Source of the DNA: Dendrobates tinctorius
Taxonomy: Eukaryota
Assembly (NCBI RefSeq): GCF_039654945.1
Contig: NW_027361960.1
Coordinates: forward strand, 12,276,001 to 12,340,000
Direction of reading: 5' to 3'
DNA length: 64,000 bases
Part shown: positions 63,208 through 64,000 of the stretch, piece by piece
Position numbering within the stretch: the first letter of the stretch is position 1
How the letters are laid out: each line of letters starts with the position of its first letter
Translations under genes and position numbers: made by a program
Notes under the pieces: model-generated
The model's database searches: none
The model's input: the letters and a program-made list of their open reading frames with translations, nothing else
What the model was told of the DNA's origin: nothing

Positions 63208-64000
63208 CTTGGACACAGTCTACATGAAGTATTGAAATGATGATCGCAATATAGACAGGCCATTTTTTATTTTATAAATGGATGTATTGTCTTTTATATC
63301 ACAGTAATTTGCACTGAATTTGCACTACTTTTTTGCACTATTTCATTATCATGTATGGTATACTTTTTGATATACTGTTTAATATATAGTATTTTTGATA
63401 CAATTATATATTTTTGGAATTTTTTGTCACCTATTAATTTGATTTTCATATGGTGTAAAAAGTTTTTTGTTATATAATATATATTTTTTATCATATAATG
63501 TATAAATATTTTACACAGCACATATTACTACCTAAAATACTTATGTCGCGTTCCCTTCATGCACTTTATTTACTTACTGTGCATTTGATATTTGCACTAT
63601 TATGCACTTTGCTTTTGGGGATCACATAATGTCCATTGTTTCGGCCCTTCCGTCCCTTAATGGTAATTTCCCAGCGTCTGGTTAGCACGCATGCGCAGAC
63701 CATGAGCTCACCAGTTCACGGGTCTCTGGTCTTTTGCATGATGACACACGCATGGAGAGCCTGAGTGGGTGTTCCAGCGTGTGTTTATACATGTGACCGA
63801 AACACCCGGAACTACTTTGATATGGGAGCGAGATTGGTTAGTGCATGCGCCGATGAGACCTATGACGCTGGTAGATCTTTCCTACGGATTGGTCACAGAT
63901 GGTATTTAACCTTGCCGGCCCCCTGCCCTGACATGCCTCCCGAAGAAGCAAAGCAAAATGCGAGTCGGGGCAGAGGGACTACATTGTCTGTGCGGCGGGC

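Larger units (their letters stand above)
58448..64000 (-). mobile_element. Penelope-like element, 5' truncated, with an inverted pLTR copy (63208-64000 versus 58862-61272)
   Basis: Minus-strand RT and GIY-YIG ORFs flanked by inverted copies of the 3' region, a known PLE arrangement. Confidence 0.9.

Overview
Eukaryotic (vertebrate, most likely anuran amphibian; inferred from the repeat families) intergenic DNA made almost entirely of nested transposable elements. I can support no host protein-coding gene, rRNA, tRNA or CRISPR array. Retroelements: an L2 LINE fragment, a near full-length degenerate L1, two Penelope-like elements (RT + GIY-YIG) and several pLTR fragments with hammerhead-like motifs, three solo LTRs with TSDs, and a minus-strand LTR element with a tRNA-Ser PBS and an orphan ORF interrupted by an antisense Gypsy pol fragment. 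DNA elements: two related two-gene PIF/Harbinger elements (one with an intact spliced 408-aa transposase), three Tc1/mariner elements (one intact 340-aa transposase, one pseudogene, one fold-back rearrangement), hAT-type elements with 8-bp TSDs, TTAA-targeting elements, Harbinger and pogo-like MITEs, and non-autonomous Helitrons. Many insertions can be excised in silico via their TSDs, showing nesting up to five levels deep over 2.4-25.7 kb. Most short ORFs in the track are repeat or antisense artefacts. Coordinates were counted by hand and may be off by a few bases.
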